A DNA stretch of 63,846 bases, the filler included, from Octopus bimaculoides (taxonomy: Eukaryota): the NCBI RefSeq assembly GCF_001194135.2. It is 5 parts of 5 records of this genome, joined end to end, with 100 filler letters (N's around TTAATTAATTAA, not from the genome) between each part and the next. Parts side by side here need not be neighbours in the genome. Positions count along the whole stretch, not along the records: positions 33,535 to 40,252 come from NC_068997.1; positions 40,353 to 62,661 come from NC_068989.1; 3 more parts are not named here. One strand, written 5' to 3'. The position numbers and the translations under genes are program-made. Positions 39,996-52,239 of this stretch are shown here, piece after piece. The notes below the pieces were generated by a model. The model ran no database searches. It saw nothing but the letters and a program-made list of their open reading frames with translations, and was not told where the DNA came from. How positions within the stretch are numbered: the first letter of the stretch is position 1; every line of letters starts with the position of its first letter.

Positions 39996-41249
39996 TGTGT
40001 TTATTTATACACACAATATTAACATATATTTACGTTTATACATACTAACGCACACACGGGTATACATAAGGTATCCTTAAGTTAAGTTGGTTTCAAGTTC
40101 TTTTATTATTATTTTTCCATACTGACCAATAGGGAGTGGGGTGGAAATAGACGTCCAAATGAACTCTGTGTGTGTGTATATATGTATCAGATAAAAAGCA
40201 TAAAAAGGTAACTAAAACCGAAATACAAAATGTAAGAAATTAAAAAAAATATNNNNNNNNNNNNNNNNNNNNNNNNNNNNNNNNNNNNNNNNNNNNTTAA
40301 TTAATTAANNNNNNNNNNNNNNNNNNNNNNNNNNNNNNNNNNNNNNNNNNNNACACATACATTAATATTATTAAAGTTAATAACAATATTATAAAAACTC
40401 ATGTTCACACAACATTATCAAGGTAATCCATATTGGCAAAATTCCGGGTGAAGTTACCCAAGGACATGTAAAATGTGAAAGCAATTTGATCGACAAGGAA
40501 AAGTATAGCAGGTTGAAAGAAAAATGTAATGTTGAACCACCAGGATTCGTGGTGGAGTTCGATGAACTACCGCCAGTAGTTGAACTAATAGAAATAGAGC
40601 CATATATAAGGTATTAAAAAAAGAGAGTAAATTGTGGTTTAAAACATGAAGGAAAAGTAGGAAAAAAAGAGTAAAACAAAACGATGCTAATAGGAAAAAA
40701 CACTGAAAAAGATTATAAACGGACAGTAAGAACGTTCAAATGGGCATGTGAGTGGGGCGCATGCAGCCATTTCATCACCATCGATTTCATTGTACATTTT
40801 ACCATTTTTCATTCGTTTTATGTTTTTTGTCCCCACTGTGATGTTCTGTCTGTCTTTGAGCTGTCTCCTCTGTGTTATGGCCGTAGTGCCAAATAAAGAG
40901 ATCACATCTGAAAAACTTTTTAGCTTTTTAAAAAACGCTAACATAAAGAAACGCCAAACCAAATTTAACTTTAAACATTCATTCACTCAACCAAGAGCGA
41001 CAACATTGAATAATTAATTCAGTTTATAAAAATAAATATAAAAAATACAATACTAATTCCACATTGTTTGACAATTTGAAATCTACATAAAAAAAACTAA
41101 CGTAGAAAACTAGTATATTTATCTACTAAAGTTGATGACGTCATTGGATATCTAAAGAATAGAAATTGCAGACAAAAATTCTACGTTATGCTTAATAGAT
41201 AACTAGAGAATAAAACTACAGATAATAATTCTACGTAATGCTTAATAGA

Positions 41250-41860
41250 AACTTAATCCATTATTGGCAGATTTTGAAACTGAACTGTGGAATATAACAT
41301 AGGTAAAAACGTTAAATTCCATCGATTCCCTATGAAAAGAAGCCCTCATCTTAAAAAATTGCAACTTTTATTGAAATAATTGAGAAGTAAACCTGGAATT
41401 TTAGTTCATTCGGATAAAATTGGAAATCTTTATCATCTGGAACATACTAAGTTTTTCAGTTGGATATTTCTAATTATTACTCTAATTATTATCAATCCTA
41501 TCCTACTGAATAAAGCTTTGCTTTTCGCTTTGAAGAATTCGGATTTATCTAGAAATGAGATTGATATAATACTAGAGGCTAGAAAAACCGTTATTAAATT
41601 TGAAGGAAACTATCGGACTAGAACTGGTAGACCTGATATCTTCATTATTACAATGGGATCGAATGATTCGGCTCAAGTTACCAATTTAGTCAGTCTTTAT
41701 ATTCTTTATTGTATACTTAATGAATTTCCAGAATTAGGAGGTAGATTATATAGAGATGACACTCTTTTCACCATATATAAATCTAATTTGGTTGATTTAG
41801 AAAGGTATAGAAAAAAGACTTTATAAATTCTTTAAGCGGCTTTGTCTTTCAATTACTATA
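41250..41860 (+). mobile_element. Penelope-like element RT fragment (a different lineage from 33535-33868)
   Basis: LADFETELW..., ILVHSDKIGNLY, IILEARKT, FIITMGSNDSAQVTNLVSLYIL and RLYRDDTL (degenerate TMGSYDGAEVCELVG / GLYRDDGL). Confidence 0.85.
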
Positions 41861-41869
41861 AGAAATGAA

Positions 41870-41950
41870 TATACCAAGGTGCCACACAGTAGGACTGAAC
41901 CCAGAACTATGTGGTTGAGAAGCAGACATCTAACCACACAGCTACGCATA
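41870..41950 (-). mobile_element. SINE family A head fragment
   Basis: ccaaggtgccacacagtaggactgaacccagaac...accacacagct. Confidence 0.8.
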
Positions 41951-42477
41951 TTTATATATATGTAGGGGAGGGGAGGGGGAGTGAGCGAAATCAAATAAGT
42001 TTGAGACGTATTTGAACCAGTAAAGGCATTTCATTGCAGTTTGCCATTTTATTGCAGTTTCTCAGTATAAGACAAAACGGTGTTAGACTACCATAGTTAG
42101 CTCATAGTGACCTTTATGGAGTGATGAATGTATTTCGAACTCTTTAGTTCTCCTCAGTCCAAGCTACCAAGAAAGGGGACTCTCAGCTGATGGAAAGCTT
42201 TGCTTTCTTTATGAGAAATCAACGAATATCACGTAGTGATTTACTAGCCGCTAGGCCGGAACAAATAAACGGAAAGGTGCACGAAATAGTGACGAAAAAT
42301 AAATTTTGTTTAAACTTTGTTTATTTTCCGTCTCCAGTAAACATAACACATAAGAAAAATAAGTAACGGTGGTGCCCCAGCATGACCGCAACTTTAAAGC
42401 TGAAACACTTAAAAGAATAAAAGAATGTACACTGAATTTGCTCTTATGGCTGCATCAGTTCAGGAACGATGGTTTCT

Positions 42478-42770
42478 GATTTAGGCTCAAGTTCAAAATT
42501 TTTGAGGGGAGGGGATTAGTTATATTGAAGGAAATACACGACTAGTACTTTATTTTACCGATTTCGGTGGGATTTGAACTCAAAGTGTAGAAGCTGGAAC
42601 GAATAATGTTTCTAACTGAGGCACAAGGCACGCATTTTTGAAGAGGATTAGTTAACTACAATATTCTATTGACCCCGAAAGGACGAAAGGCGAAGTTGAC
42701 CACAGCGTGATATGAACTCAGAACGTAAAGAGCTGGAACAAATACAGCAAATTTGCCAATGTAATGTTAT
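42478..42770 (-). mobile_element. Two degraded SINE family B fragments
   Basis: tagtacttt...gggatttgaactc (42478-42600) and gaccccgaaaggacgaaaggcgaagttgacc...gaactcagaacgtaaag (42612-42770). Confidence 0.7.
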
Positions 42771-43534
42771 GATTTTGCCAATGTTATGTTACAGAATTGA
42801 AAATATTCTCATCCAACAAGTATAGCCACTGGAAGCTATTTACAGTTGCGTGATGCTTTGAATGAATCGTTATTTCTACTACGTGATGTTTGTTGAAAAT
42901 AACTGTCACTGAATTTTTTCTTCTTTTTTTTTCTTAGTAACACTTGGCCATTTCTCATAATCTGGGAAGGACTAACCACTAGAGATGACTAATAGCATCA
43001 TCAATGCAACAGATGCGCAGGGCGATGATGACGGCGGTTGACGATTATCGTCATAACGATCATCATCATCATCATCAGGTGGCTTGGGTGATGTTGATCA
43101 TCATGATGATGTTAAGATGTTAAGACTATGGTCATTACACTATGGCTATTTTGATGAAAGCGGTAGTGACAATGATAATAACGACGGTCAAAAAGTTGGT
43201 ATGTTGTTATACTTTATTTTATTAACAACAACAATAATTAATATTGTTCTACTGTTGTTGTTATTGTTTTGGATCAACAACAGAAACAGCTACAATATCG
43301 GCAGCAACATTTTTATAACAAAGTCATGATAATGAAGATCAATCATAAATTTGTGACAAAGGTTAAAGTCGATTTGAATTGAATGAGGACGGTTATTTAA
43401 TTTATCGCTCATAAAAAGGTTCAATAGAAAGGGCAAAAGACAAAACTAACCACTGCGGGAATCAAAGTCCGGACATACAAGAAAGTACTGCGTTCACATC
43501 TGCGACGATGCTGCTATTGCGAATACTCTCGAGG

Positions 43535-44104
43535 TCGTCTTTTCCTTTTAGTCTTTGGGTGTCGATAAAATAAAGTACCAGTCCAGTACTGAGTTAGATG
43601 TAATCAGCTCACCCACGTCGCCAAACATTTCTGGTCTTGTTCCAAAATTAGAAAGAATCATTAGGCGGTGAGCTGGCAGAATTGTCAGCTCAATAAACAA
43701 AATACTTAGCGGCATTTCTTCCGGCACCTTACGTTCTGCGTTCAAATTCCGCCGTGATCGACTTTACCTTTCATCCTTTTGGGCTCGATTAAATAAGGAC
43801 TAGGTAAACAGCGGAGTCGAGATAATCCATTAGACCCCTTCCACTAAATTCCAGGTTTTGTGCCTATCGTAGAAAGGATTATTGTTATTATTAAGGCGGC
43901 GAGTTGGCAGAATCGTAAGTACGTAGAACAAAATGCTTAGCGGTATTTCTTCCGGCACCTTACGTTCTCAGTTCAAATTTCACCGAGGTTGGCTTTACCT
44001 TTCATCCTTTCAGAGTTGATAAAATATGTACTAGTTGAGTATTGAGATCGATGTAATCGACTTATTCCCTCCCACAAAACTGCTGACCAAAACTTGAATC
44101 AAAT
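43535..44104 (+). mobile_element. Three head-to-tail SINE family B copies
   Basis: A partial copy at 43535-43663, a full copy at 43664-43886 and a full copy at 43894-44104, each separated only by a short (TTA)-type tail. Confidence 0.88.
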
Positions 44105-44889
44105 TATTATTAATCCCAATATGGCAATCGGCGTTACTTTCAAGAAGACAATATATTTGCAATACTAGAACTGTTAGCAATATTTTGGAAACTTGACTAG
44201 TCTCTAGAATAATTCTGATCTATAGATATTAAATTCCATAAAAACGGAATTGAAAACAATGCCTGTATCAACGGGAAGCTATGCTATTGTCTTCCTGTAC
44301 ACGTCATCGTTAAATGACGTCAATGGAATGCAAAAGTTAACTACTAAATATGTTCAACAAAAGAGGCCTTGAAATCACTAAATCCCAAACTGAAAATATC
44401 GATTATATCACGTGCTAAGCAGCTATAAAAATATGTCTTCAAGTTATTACCTTCCTACGTGACATGAGCGCTTGCTAAAAACAATATACAATGTCTTTCC
44501 TATGATCCCAAACAATGAAACGAAGAAGACAATGACTTCCAAGCCATACCCCTCAGGACTTAGAACCACTCAGACATATCGTGTGGCGAAGGGGAACGGC
44601 AGGAGCCCAAATGGCAACAGTTGCGAATGCGATGAAGAAAAGAAGCAAAAACACACCAACAAAAATAGATAGATCTGAACGAGTGGGGGGATGCCTTTGA
44701 GCAACAAAGCATTAAACACCATCATCCTCATTACCACAGCTATCACATCTCAAGCACAAGCTAATTCACTCACAACAGTTGGACCACACACTCCAACACA
44801 AACAAACATCATTACCCTTTCTCACCTACTTCTCTCTTATTGATCGTGCCTATACTCAGAATAAGTAGCGTAGATATAGGTGGCCTGGA

Positions 44890-45950
44890 AGCAGAACCAC
44901 CTACTCAATGACCTCGGGTCGCTAGTTATAGATTTCGTGGCCATCAGCGAGACCAGGGTTTCTAATTCACCTACCATCATGCCCCCTTTTCGATTAATTC
45001 GAGATTTGCTTATCTCCAAATTGACCGAGTTTCGGAGGTGAAGTTACTTTGTAGTTCTTGAAGGGACTGGATTTCACGATTCGAACCATCTTCTTGGCTC
45101 TAGATGTAAACAGTAGCAATGCAATGTGCTTTCAGACTACTAGCTATTTATGCTCTGGCGGGGGCGAGACAACCGAATCTCTTCAGGTGTCTAGTGGTTT
45201 CCTAAGAATGTCTCTCTCTTTAGAGCTATTGACTGGAATGCGATAATTCGATGCCTGTTTGGATTGTATGATACTCGCTGATAGGACATGGAGTGTAAAC
45301 GCCTCACAAACCTGTTAGGACGTTTCCAACTGTCTGATAGGCACCAACTGGATTTCCCGAATGTGCGAGTGTGGAAAAAGCAAACCGCATCGTTAATTTA
45401 GATCGTATCCAAGCAGAATAAAAGGATACCATAGGTTGTTCACGTTTTTAAAATAGTCACCTACAAAGACCACAAATCTGTGATCTGCACGGTGGATCTA
45501 GGTAGGCTTCGTATGCAGGGATTACGTTACTGGAAACTGAACACGCTGCTCCCGGCGCGCCAAGCTTACTTAGACCTGGCTAGAGAATTGGTTAAGCAGA
45601 AATTGTCAAAGAAAAGTGGTGATTCGCTCTGAAATGACCAATTAGAGCTGAGTTGATAAGGTTTGGCATGAGAAAAACAGAACACAGAGAGATATAGTTA
45701 GTAACGTAGAAGAGGTATTTAGGATACGCATCACAACTGAAGTGCTTGCCACCAGACTGACCTTCGATCAATTCTTCAACACGAAACACGAAGGCTATAT
45801 TGTCAAATCTAGGACAGGCGCTCTAAGACTCGAGCAGACGAAAGCCATTCAATGAACCTGAGTAGCTGAAACAATGTTACATCAAAATTCAAGTACTAAT
45901 TCAAAATGGTGGACTACGAGAATTTATAGAGCGTCGAACGAGATGTCTTA
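44890..45950 (+). mobile_element. L1/Tx1-type LINE ORF2 N-terminal (AP endonuclease) fragment
   Basis: LLNDLGSLVIDFVAISETRV, LDRI, DHKSV and the signature YWKLNTLL; heavily decayed. About 44500-44890 may be the end of ORF1. Confidence 0.75.
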
Positions 45951-46379
45951 CGGTATTTATTCTATTTCCTTGTGTTCCAAGTCTTTTTTTTTTTTTGTGG
46001 TGGATAGAATTTATTCATCATTCAGTTTAACACTTCCATCTAATTTAGGGATACTTTTATCAGATTTCACTCTGTAGTAAGCATTCGGGGAAGTTCTCCA
46101 GTTTGATGATAACCTCATCACATCTTCCAGCTAGTCTTGGAATCCCTGAAAATATAAAATAAAGGATTCACTAACGCTACACGTCTCCGTTCCTAACTGA
46201 ATGTTAAAATAAAATGCTAATTATGTATGCTGAGAATAAACCAAAAAGTCCCAAAGTTCTAAATAATACTTGTTTAGTTTAAGATATATTCAGATTTTAA
46301 TTCCAGATGATGGAATATTTCAAAATAAAATCGAAATAATATGCATACATACACAACCATATCTATCTATCTATCTATC

Positions 46380-46425
<46 letters not shown>

Positions 46426-46512
46426 CATACATACATACATACATACATACATACATACATACATACATACATACATACACACACACATACATCACTCTAC
46501 ATCACATCACAC

Positions 46513-47233
46513 ATTGAAGGCTATGCGTTTGAAATCCAGGAACAAGAGATTGCCGCAAAGTACCAAGTGAATAAGAGAGACAGTGACGCTCTTGTAATCC
46601 CAAGGTGCAACCGCATGTGAAGGCTATGTCATGTTTCTGTGGAAGACACCACGCATGTGATTAGCAGCTGTCCTAAAATGTCGTCATGATACTACCTACC
46701 TCCCTATGCGGCACAATGTTGTTGCTAAAACAATTTAAGACGTCATCCGGAAAAAAGCTTGTCTTGAAATAAACTTAGAAAATCCTTCTGTTATGGAATA
46801 CATTCATAAACACCAGCTCAAAGAATACTGGTGGAATATTCCCATTAAAACTTCTGTCAAATGTAAACATAACAAGCCGGATATCGTTGCTTGGGATAGA
46901 GGGAAAAAGATATGTCCCATCATAGAGGGGAAAAGGTATGTCCTATCATAGAGCTGCTCTGAAGATATAAATATCTCTTTGAAAATCAAAGAAAAAGAGG
47001 ATATCTATGGACAACTGCTTCGAAACCTCCAGCTTCTATATCCAGACTATAAATTCATATTAATACCAATTATAACTGGAGCATTAGGTTTTGCTAGTAA
47101 ATGCTTAAAGGAGAATCTGGAAAAAACTGAGATTTTCAGAAAGAGAAATCGACCGGCTAATTCGTACATTAAAGTGCAATCTGTGATTGGAACAGTAAAA
47201 GTATGCAAGACTTTTCTCAGGTTCCAAATGTGA
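46513..47233 (+). mobile_element. R4/Dong-like LINE 3' fragment (CCHC plus REL endonuclease), second subfamily
   Basis: EGYAFEIQEQEI, RLCHVSVEDTTHVISSCPKM, MRHNVVAK, WWNIPIKT..KHNKPDIV.WD, KIKEKEDIYGQL, IPIITGALG. It contains a ~23-bp internal duplication. Confidence 0.88.
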
Positions 47234-47362
47234 ATTTGTCTGTGTTAACTGCATCTCAAAGATGGAACCTTGTATCTTTGTTGAAAACCAAAGAACATAC
47301 TAACATTCATACATACACACATACCTATGTATATGTACACACACACACACACATGCACGCAT

Positions 47363-47404
<42 letters not shown>

Positions 47405-47984
47405 GTAAATTTAAGTCACAATATATATATATACACACACACCACACACAGATATATACATACATGCATACATACATACATACATACATACATACATACA
47501 TAATACATACATACATACATACATACATACATACTTACATACATACTACACACATATATGTATATACACATACACACATATACATGTATGTATATATGAT
47601 AAGCATTTTCAAATCTTTCAAATATTCTGTGTTGGCGTGTCGCTATGTATGCTACACGCATAACCTGATCGAGAAGGTTACCATTTAGCTTCTTTTAGTC
47701 TCTTTCGTGGCTTCTTAGGAAACAGTGATATGTTTTCAAGCATTCCAACGATCGTATGTATTAAGTATGTCAAGAAGTCAAATCCGGGATGTGGCTGACA
47801 TTCCATTTCAGTATTTCCTGTTAAGAACTGCCTTTGATAGGTTCAGGATAGGAAAGATAGTAAAGCCATTATTTGTTAGAGTGGTTGTTAGTAGTAGAAT
47901 CACAAGAAAAAATATTCAGTGGTGTGTGCTGCATAAAAACGTAATACTAAAGTGAGAAGGGCAGGCATACTCTATAGTAAATAA

Positions 47985-48113
47985 TTTTCTTCCCAACTAG
48001 TTGATTCCGGGTTCAATCCCACTACGTGGAAATTTGGACAGGTGTATTCTACTATAGCCATGGGCCGGTTAAAGCCTTGTGAGTGGATTTGATAGACGGA
48101 AACAGAAAGAACC
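47985..48113 (+). mobile_element. SINE family A head half
   Basis: ccgggttcaatcccactacgtgg...gccttgtgagtggatttgatagacggaaacagaaagaaccc. Confidence 0.8.
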
Positions 48114-48116
48114 CCT

Positions 48117-48730
48117 GTCGCCAACACCTCCATTAACTTCCTCGACATTTCTGTTACCATCAACCATTTCTCTTTTACCACTTCCATCCCCTAGAAGCCT
48201 ACAGACTCCCACACCTACCACAACTTCTCCTCCCATCCTACCCACATCATACTGTCTATCCCTTACTCTTAGTTCTTCCATCTCCGTCGGCTCTGTAGTG
48301 ACGATATTGACTTCGAAACACAGTCCCAACTCATTGCACGCCATTTTACCCAACGAGGATACCCCGCCACTGTTATCCATACCGCCTTCGCTCCGTCTGT
48401 TGACTACGCATCTATCCGCCCTTCTTCCCCACGTCCGTTCACCCTTTACCCGCCTCCTCTTCCCCTATATTGTGCGCTTTCGCTAACTCCTATCCGATCC
48501 CTCTACCTCTCGCATCTTCCCTAGCCAACTCCTCTTTTCCTTCAAACGTAAACGCATCCTACGTGACTTACAAGTTCGTAGCTCTTTCTCCACTCCCGGC
48601 ACTTAAACTGGTTCTTTCCCTTGCTCTCATCCACGCTGCAGTTCGTCTCTTCTTCTCTAACACCACCCTCTTCACCAGTACCCACAGCCACTATTTCCAC
48701 ATCATTGACTTTGTAGCAAAAGCATGATCG
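48117..48730 (+). mobile_element. Penelope-like element (Neptune-like) RT thumb and linker fragment
   Basis: INFLDISVTI, KPTDSHTY..SSHP..SIPYS*F.HLRRLCSDD.DF..FTQRGYP, SDPSTSRIFP..FKRKRILRDLQVRS..GSFPCSHPRC. Confidence 0.85.
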
Positions 48731-49810
48731 CTCTTGAATTTTAGCTACCCACATTGTAACTTTCTTTTTTTAGTTACCCATTTTGGTTCACCACACGATG
48801 GTCAGGTCCATTTAGTTTCATTTGGACCGTTCACCCCTCAACGTGATGGACTAGCCTAGCGTCTGTACATCAGCTACAAAATGGGAGGATTTCGCCCGTT
48901 AAAGTTAGGGAGGTGAGTTTTTGCAACGAACAGTTTGGGATCTTTGATGTGGGAGCAGTTCAATTCCACTATACGGCTACAGCTTGAACAGAACTGTAGC
49001 CAGAATCCTTGACGCTATGTTTCTCGTCTTACCAACATTTTAAACAAAATTTGTAACCAGAATTGTTTATGTTATGCTTCAGGTTTTTCTAATATTTTAT
49101 CTTCATTTTTACGAGCATTTGAATCTATACAATGTATTGACAATTATTAATGTCCTACCAGTTTGCTGTATCTAATTTTAGCAACGGTCAGCGCGGTCAA
49201 CTGCAACTTGTCTTTGAATTTGTTTATTGATATCCATCCTGACTTCATTTAACAGAAGACCTTAAACCGCATTTCAAACAACAACCACACATTCGTTTCG
49301 CTAAAACGTCTTCACTTGCACCTCTAGTAATCTGATTTACTGTATCCCCGCTGTTCTCTTTGCCATTCCGCATCTACTGGACAAGCTGATAGACAATGGC
49401 CGACCATTTTGCCAGACACGTTCGGAGCATCAGACTTGGTAATACTATGCACCCCACCCCGGTCTCGCGCTATTGATCATACCCAGCACCATGTGTCCGT
49501 GTTNNNNNNNNNNNNNNNNNNNNNNNNNNNNNNNNNNNNNNNNNNNNNNNNNNNNNNNNNNNNNNNNNNNNNNNNNNNNNNNNNNNNNNNNNNNNNNNNN
49601 NNNNNNNNNNNNNNNNNNNNNNNNNNNNNNNNNNNNNNNNNNNNNNNNNNNNNNNNNNNNNNNNNNNNNNNNNNNNNNNNNNNNNNNNNNNNNNNNNNNN
49701 NNNNNNNNNNNNNNNNNNNNNNNNNNNNNNNNNNNNNNNNNNNNNNNNNNNNNNNNNNNNNNNNNNNNNNNNNNNNNNNNNNNNNNNNNNNNNNNNNNNN
49801 NNNNNNNNNN

Positions 49811-50095
49811 TGTGGTAAGGAGCTTGGTTCCGGGTTGAATGCCACTGCGTGACACCTTCGGCAAGTGTCTTCTACTACAGCCTTCGACTGACCAAAGTCA
49901 TGTCAGTGGATTTCGTACACGGAAACTGAAGGAAGACTATCGTATATATGTGTATATTTGTGTGTGTGCATGTGTGTGTGTGTTTGTACCCCACCATTGC
50001 TTGACAATCGATGTCGCTGTGTTTACATTCTCATAGCGGTTCGGTAAAAGATACTGATAGAATAAGTACTAGGCTTACAAAGAATAAATCCTGTG
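49811..50095 (+). mobile_element. SINE family A
   Basis: tgtggtaaggagcttgg...gacaccttcggcaagtgtcttctctact...internal (TA)(TG)...gcggttcggtaaaagatactgatagaataagtactaggc. Confidence 0.85.
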
Positions 50096-50220
50096 GCTGA
50101 GTGAACTGGAGCAACGTAAAATAAAGTGTGTTGCTCAAGACACTTTATTTTACGTCGGGGAATCAAACTCACAATCTCACGATCGTAAGCTCGAGGCGCT
50201 AACCAGTGAGCCATGCGCCT
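50096..50220 (-). mobile_element. SINE family D head
   Basis: The rc reads aaggcgcatggctcactggttagcgcc...gagtttgattcccc...ttattttacgttgctccagttcactcagc. Confidence 0.7.
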
Positions 50221-52009
50221 TATGTGTTTGAATGTGCGGGCGCATATAACCTATCCGCTATACTGCCGAGAGCAACAGCACACAACAGGGTTGTTACTCC
50301 TTTCATGATATTTCATAGTTGTGCACCTAAACTTGATAGCCGGCAATACGTCAACGCTGAACTATTTTACCTACCTGGTAAATGATCAATCATTCATCAC
50401 AGTACACTTGGCAGCGCAGGTGACATTCAATTCTTTTAATAAGGTCATCATACCACATACCCCCCCCCCTCCCCGCACACACACACACACAAACACAAAT
50501 ATTGTCTATGAACACGTCTATTATAACGTCCGCACAAAATCCATTCCGATTTCGTTCACACGCTTTCACAGGCAAATTATTGTGTACCGAGATAGGGTAC
50601 TATATCGATGGGTGTGGGGAGGGGGAACGCATGTAAGTGCGTGCCTGTGTGTCTGTGAGAGTGTGCGAGTGTGTGTGTGTGTGGATAAATCAACCTGAAA
50701 AAGAAAACTTTTTAAAAGTATACACGTTATGTCGAGATCTTTTCATTAAAGCATAATTTGTATTATTTATTATATACATGCACATATACACCTACATATA
50801 TACACACATAATATACCAGTGTCTGTATGTATGTATATATATATATATATATATATNNNNNNNNNNNNNNNNNNNNNNNNNNNNNNNNNNNNNNNNNNNN
50901 NNNNNNNNNNNNNNNNNNNNNNNNNNNNNNNNNNNNNNNNNNNNNNNNNNNNNNNNNNNNNNNNNNNNNNNNNNNNNNNNNNNNNNNNNNNNNNNNNNNN
51001 NNNNNNNNNNNNNNNNNNNNNNNNNNNNNNNNNNNNNNNNNNNNNNNNNNNNNNNNNNNNNNNNNNNNNNNNNNNNNNNNNNNNNNNNNNNNNNNNNNNN
51101 NNNNNNNNNNNNNNNNNNNNNNNNNNNNNNNNNNNNNNNNNNNNNNNNNNNNNNNNNNNNNNNNNNNNNNNNNNNNNNNNNNNNNNNNNNNNNNNNNNNN
51201 NNNNNNNNNNNNNNNNNNNNNNNNNNNNNNNNNNNNNNNNNNNNNNNNNNNNNNNNNNNNNNNNNNNNNNNNNNNNNNNNNNNNNNNNNNNNNNNNNNNN
51301 NNNNNNNNNNNNNNNNNNNNNNNNNNNNNNNNNNNNNNNNNNNNNNNNNNNNNNNNNNNNNNNNNNNNNNNNNNNNNNNNNNNNNNNNNNNNNNNNNNNN
51401 NNNNNNNNNNNNNNNNNNNNNNNNNNNNNNNNNNNNNNNNNNNNNNNNNNNNNNNNNNNNNNNNNNNNNNNNNNNNNNNNNNNNNNNNNNNNNNNNNNNN
51501 NNNNNNNNATCTATCTATCTATCTATCTATCTATCTACCTACCTACCTACCTACCTACCTACCTACATACATACATACATACATATATATTTATTTTACT
51601 TTTACAAAAGAGGTGACGCTGACTTCGAAGTTTTGGCCGACTAACCTTAGTCGCAACATTAACAAATAAATATATATATATCTATGTATAGATATACGTG
51701 TAAGTACAGTATAGGTATTCTGCATTATTAGCTACTCTGCGCTCATTTTATATATATTTGTATTTCGTTGTGTCTAGTAATGTTTGTATAATATAATTTA
51801 AATGTTCATTACGTGTTATAATATATATCTACCTGCTCGTTGATGAATCACTTCTAGTCACCTTTGACAGGTAACTTCAGCACCACATTTTTCAGTTGCA
51901 GTTCAAGCTGGTGTTTTAGTGGTAAAGTATGGACTATATATATATTTTTATCTATTGAGGGTGATAAATTGAATATTATACGCATATATATTCGTTATTC
52001 TTTAATTTA

Positions 52010-52170
52010 CTTTTAATTACTTGTTTCAGTCATTTGACTGCGGCCAGCGGGAGCACTACCCTGGAGGGTTTTAGTCGAACAGATCGACCCCAGGACTTAT
52101 TTTTTAAGCCTACTACTTATTCTATTGGTCTTTTGCCGAATCGCTAAAGTTACGGTTGATCAAGCGGTGG
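52010..52170 (-). mobile_element. SINE family A, 3' half
   Basis: ttacttgtttcagtcatttgactgcggcc...gatcgaccccaggacttat...cttttgccgaatcgctaa. Confidence 0.85.
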
Positions 52171-52173
52171 TTA

Positions 52174-52236
<63 letters not shown>

Positions 52237-52239
52237 ACG

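Noticed and set aside
37186-45950. The two L1/Tx1 fragments as one interrupted element
   Set aside because: They are on opposite strands and point away from each other. Joining them would need an inversion for which there is no evidence.
48975-49001. Hairpin ggctacag...ctgtagcc downstream of the Neptune-like PLE as a second hammerhead
   Set aside because: The flanks are ctatac and agaat instead of CUGANGA and GAAA, so the core is absent. At best it is an unrecognisably decayed relic.
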